A model generated the notes under the pieces. The model worked only from the letters and a program-made list of their open reading frames with translations, did no database searches and was not told the origin of the DNA. 64,000 bases of DNA from Dictyostelium discoideum (taxonomy: Eukaryota), in the NCBI GenBank assembly GCA_000004695.1, contig CM000151.3:3776001-3840000 (forward strand), read 5' to 3'. Below are positions 60,043 to 64,000 of the stretch, one piece after another; positions within the stretch are counted from its first letter, which is position 1, and each line of letters begins with the position of its first letter. The translations under genes and the position numbers were made by a program.

Positions 60043-60046
60043 GATG
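59950..60046. repeat. (TTG)n microsatellite of about 32 units, which is (CAA)n on the minus strand, immediately 3' of the membrane-protein gene stop.
   Basis: Read directly from the sequence. Confidence 0.95.
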
Positions 60047-60053
60047 ATGATGA

Positions 60054-60504
60054 TTAATTATCAATTAATTCATCAAATTGTTGTTGATCTAATTGATCTT
60101 GTTCTAAACGTTGACGTTGTAATTCTAAGATTTCAGGTTCAGATTTCCAAGAGATTTCATTGTGAACTTGGTTAATTTTATCTTTTTTTTGTTCAATGAT
60201 GATTAAATTATAGATTGATTTTATTAGAGGAGCCAAAGCGATAAAGATAAAGAATATTTCACCTTCATGAATATGTAAATTTGGAGGAACACCATAAATC
60301 CATAAGAGAGAGGCGGCAATGGTCCAAATGAAAACAATGATAAAGTTTTGGGTTATCAATACCTCTGGTATGAATGATGGTAAAAACTTTACATCCAAGG
60401 AGAATAAATTAAATGAAGAAGGATCAATTTGATTTGATTTTAATCTTTTTGATAATGGATTTGATTGTTGAGAAGTGTTAGAGGTGGTGTTGGTGGTAGT
60501 ATTA

Positions 60505-60535
<31 letters not shown>

Positions 60536-62168
60536 GATGATATTCATGAAATATCGAATAAAGATAACTTGAAATTAAAAATGTATGATAAATAAAAGAA
60601 CCAACAATAATTGTCCAAAGGAAAGAAACCAATTTCATTTGATAAACATTTTTGGTATCGTATAAAGTTGATTGATGTAAAGCCAAAGATTCGATTGATA
60701 ATGGATAGAAATAATTAACCAAACGCATTACAATTCCAACAGAACCCAAGAACAATTCACGAGCAGGTGAAAAGGAACTAATCTCTGATAGAGAATTTGA
60801 AAGATGATTTACACAATAGAATATATCCTCTTGACCATTGACTTGATTACCAATCAATAGAGTTTGAATAAAGTATAAAAGAACCAATGACCAAAACAAC
60901 ATGGATAGCAATGGTATGACCAACAATGTAAGAATACTATGTAAAAATTGTAATGGTAAATTGGATTTGATAATAATTTCCTTTTCAGCTAAACGAGTTG
61001 CAAATAACCAAACCACGAATAAAATCACACCAAACAATATACAAGAACCAAATATTTTTAAATTTTTTAATTCCTGAACTGTTGAGAATTCTTTTGGTAT
61101 TGATGTATTACCACCATCACCACCATCACCACCACCATCACTGTAATCAATTGGATTAAAATTATAATTTGAACAGAGGAAATTTGAAACACCAACAATT
61201 GAGAATCTTCTCCAATTATCTTTGAATGCTGTTAATTTGGTTGCAATTGATGGATTGTTGAAATCGAATTGATCAAATTCACCAGTGGTCTTTGAAGTTT
61301 GAATGGATGGTCCAGTTGGTGACATTATGATATGTTTCAAATGTGGTAATGGTAGATAAAAGATGATAGCCACCAATGAGATCAATAGAGCCATTGATAT
61401 CAATGCTCTAATCCATTGATGATTAATCTTTGTTGTTAAACCAAGTGAGAGGAAATGATAACTCTTTGAAGCCATTGATGGATTACGGCGAATCTCACTT
61501 GACAATCTTTCCAATTGTGCCTCTGTATAATATTTACTCTGAAGTTCACAATTTTGTTTGGAAATTTGTAAACATTTAGATGGCGTATACATATCACCCC
61601 ATGATTGTTCACCCATCTTCTCTATGATGTTCTTTGATGACTTACCACCTGAAACTGTATTCACTGTACCATTAATTTCATTTCTTTTTCTAATTGGTGG
61701 ATTATAAAATATAGTTTCAGTTTTAATTGGTTCTGTTGGTGTATTATTATTATTATAATTATTATTATTATAATTATTATTATTATTGATATTATTATTA
61801 TTATTATTATTATTATTTAAATAATAATTTTCATCACCATCATCATCATCGTCATCATCACTATCAATATATTCTTCTTGTTTATCTTTCTTTTTTTCTT
61901 TCTCTTTATCATTGTGTTGATTTATTGGTGTTGTTGTTGTTGCTGTGGTTCTGATTGAAGTGAATACAATTTCATCTTCATCATCTTCATCATCATCATC
62001 ATCTTCTAGTTCTTCTTCTTCTTCTTGAAATTCATCATTTACTTCATCTCTTTGTTCAACTACTTCTTCAATTTCTTCAACTATTTCTTCAATAATTTCA
62101 TCATCGTCATTGAATTCTTCAACTTGTTTTACTTTTTTAATGGTTTTTTTTGTTGCCTTTCGAACCAT
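60054..62168 (-). CDS. Multi-pass integral membrane protein with at least 7 predicted TM helices and an acidic N-terminus; family not assigned.
   Basis: 704-codon ORF. Acidic DEEI-rich N-terminus. Hydrophobic helices include WIRALISMALLISLVAIIFYL, IFGSCILFGVILFVVWLFA and LHSILTLLVIPLLSMLFWSLVLLYFI. A (CAA)n tract lies in the 3' UTR. Confidence 0.72.
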
Positions 62169-63383
62169 TTTAATTTTTTTTTTTTTTTTTATTTTTTTTT
62201 ATTTTTTAATTTTTTTTTTTTTTTTTTTTAATTATTTTTTTTAATTATTTTTTTTTTTTTTTTATTTTTTTTTTTAATTAACCAATTATTTATATATATT
62301 TTTTTTATGTTCGTGAACATAAAATTAATAAAAAAATAAAAAAAATAAAAAAATAAAATTAAAAAAATAAAAAAAAAAAAAAATATACCGGAAAAAATTT
62401 CAAATTTAATAATTAATGAATTAGGGGTAACATTGGAATTTGTAAAATGAATATTTAATTTTTTTTTTATTTTTTTAATTTCAAATAATTCATTACAGTT
62501 ATTTTTAACAATTTTTAAAAAAATGTAAGTGCTACCATATGGATTTAGTATAATTTGATTTTATTTTTTTATTTAGTTATTTTTATTTATACTCCAAACC
62601 TTATTTTTAAATGTTATTTTACATTTAAAAAAAAATAAAAAAAAAAAACAAAAAAAAAAAATATAAAATAAAAGAAATAAAAAAAAAAAAAAAATAATGG
62701 CATGTAAAAAAAAAAAAAAAAAAAAAACTTACCTTATAATTACTAATTAATTTTTTAATTTACAAATAAATAAACGAGAAAATAAATAAAAAAAAAAAAA
62801 AATAAAAAAAAATTAATTCAATAACAATTAAGATGAGAATTGAACTCGCAACTTAATGTTGGTCAATTGTTCAATTCTTGCAAGAATCTATTTTTTTTTA
62901 AATTTTAAATAATAAAATTCTTTATTATAATTTTAATAATGTCCAATCCAACTAAACAAAATAAATTAATTAGGAAATTAAAATAATTTATAATTTTTTT
63001 TTTAATGGTATTAAAAATATAATATCAAAACCATTATAATTTTTTTTTTTTTTTTTATTTTTTTATTTGTGGTGTATTTATATTTAAATTTTTTAATAAT
63101 GATTAATGACACCTGTCATGTCATTTGAAAATTCAATCTGTTTAAATTTTTTAAATGGGGGTAAAAAAAAATTAAAAAAATAAACAATTGACTAAAAAAA
63201 AGCATGAATAAATAAAAAAAATAAAATTTAAATATTATTTAACCGAAAAACGATAAAAAAAAAAAAAAAAACTTTTAAAAAAAAAAAAATTAGTTATACA
63301 ACCAAAAAAAATAAAAAAAAAAAAAATTAGTTATACAACCAAAAAAAAAAAAAAAAAAAAATTAATTGTATATATATTATAAT

Positions 63384-63521
63384 ATGGGCAGAAAATTTAA
63401 ATTTATAATATTATCTCTATTTATAATATCTCTTTTTCTTATACTCAATTATTCAATTATAAATAATAAAAATAAATTAAATTCGGATAATTATAATAAT
63501 AATAATAATAGCAATAATAGC

Positions 63522-63579
<58 letters not shown>

Positions 63580-64000
63580 GTAAAAATAATAATAATATAA
63601 ATAATAAAATTAATAAAAATAAAAATATTAATAATGAAAATATATTAAAGAAACAATATAAATATGAAAAAGATAAAATTTCATTATTAGAGAGTAACTT
63701 TTTATTAAGAACCAATGGTTTAATGGAGTTAAAAGAAACTAAAATATTACTTAGAAAATGTGAATATGTGGATTTAGTATATACATGGGTTAATGGTTCA
63801 GATCCAAACCATATTAATAGTAGACGAAAATATAATATAGATCTCGGTAATCAAAATTATCCTTCTTCAAGTGATGATCATAATGTTAATAATAATAATA
63901 ATAATAATAATAAAAATAATAATATTGGAAATTATAGTAGAGATGAAGAAGAATCAAATAATAGTATACCAGAAGATGACACTCAAAGATATAGAGATTA
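63384..64000 (+). CDS. Stealth-family N-acetylglucosamine-1-phosphotransferase (GNPTAB-like). This is the 5' part of the gene, which continues past the window end.
   Basis: Signal anchor MGRKFKFIILSLFIISLFLIL, then a poly-N tract, then the Stealth CR1 motif CEYVDLVYTWVNGSDPNHINS (compare GNPTAB IDVVYTWVNGSD). The frame is open to the window end. Confidence 0.75.

Noticed and set aside
62832-62884. Possible tRNA (T-loop-like GTTCAATTC).
   Set aside because: No D-arm, anticodon arm or acceptor stem can be formed. It is a simple inverted repeat.

Overview
This 64 kb window is extremely AT-rich (about 78% A+T), with coding sequence somewhat GC-richer than the rest, and is typical of a Dictyostelium discoideum-type amoebozoan nuclear chromosome arm. 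It carries poly-Asn/Gln (AAT/CAA) tracts inside genes, homopolymer A/T intergenic runs, and short (about 100-330 nt) AT-rich introns with GTAAGT/GTATGT/GTAAAT donors and (T)nAG acceptors. I found no prokaryotic features (CRISPR, operons), no tRNA and no transposon. The region is gene-dense, with about 29 protein-coding genes.

Genes I recognise, in order:
- class I fructose-bisphosphate aldolase (fba)
- a universal stress protein
- a large Golgi-type GT4 glycosyltransferase that appears to be spliced in-frame to a sulfotransferase domain
- mitochondrial Phe-tRNA synthetase
- CWF19L2
- a CUE-domain protein
- RMND1/DUF155
- a Frizzled/Smoothened-like 7TM receptor
- PRP38
- a PH-domain protein
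- a countin-like saposin protein
- DNA2 nuclease/helicase
- a tandem pair of myristoylated NCS-type EF-hand genes, one of them a pseudogene
- an LPMO-like secreted protein placed head-to-head with an ependymin-related protein
- catalase A
- a calcineurin-B/CHP-like EF-hand protein
- a TMF golgin
- a 3'-5' exonuclease
- a UBX/UIM protein
- a multi-pass membrane protein
- the 5' end of a Stealth/GlcNAc-1-phosphotransferase

The six-frame ORF track is blind to most introns, so I re-derived exon structures by hand. The track also translates TTG/GTG starts as M, so some of its start coordinates are not real.

The main items for follow-up are:
- the GT4-GT2-sulfotransferase fusion
- the EF-hand paralog that carries three TAA stops
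- the LPMO-like / ependymin-like gene pair
- DUSE-like promoter motifs in a 1.1 kb gene-free interval
- several long perfect palindromes and hairpins in promoters and introns
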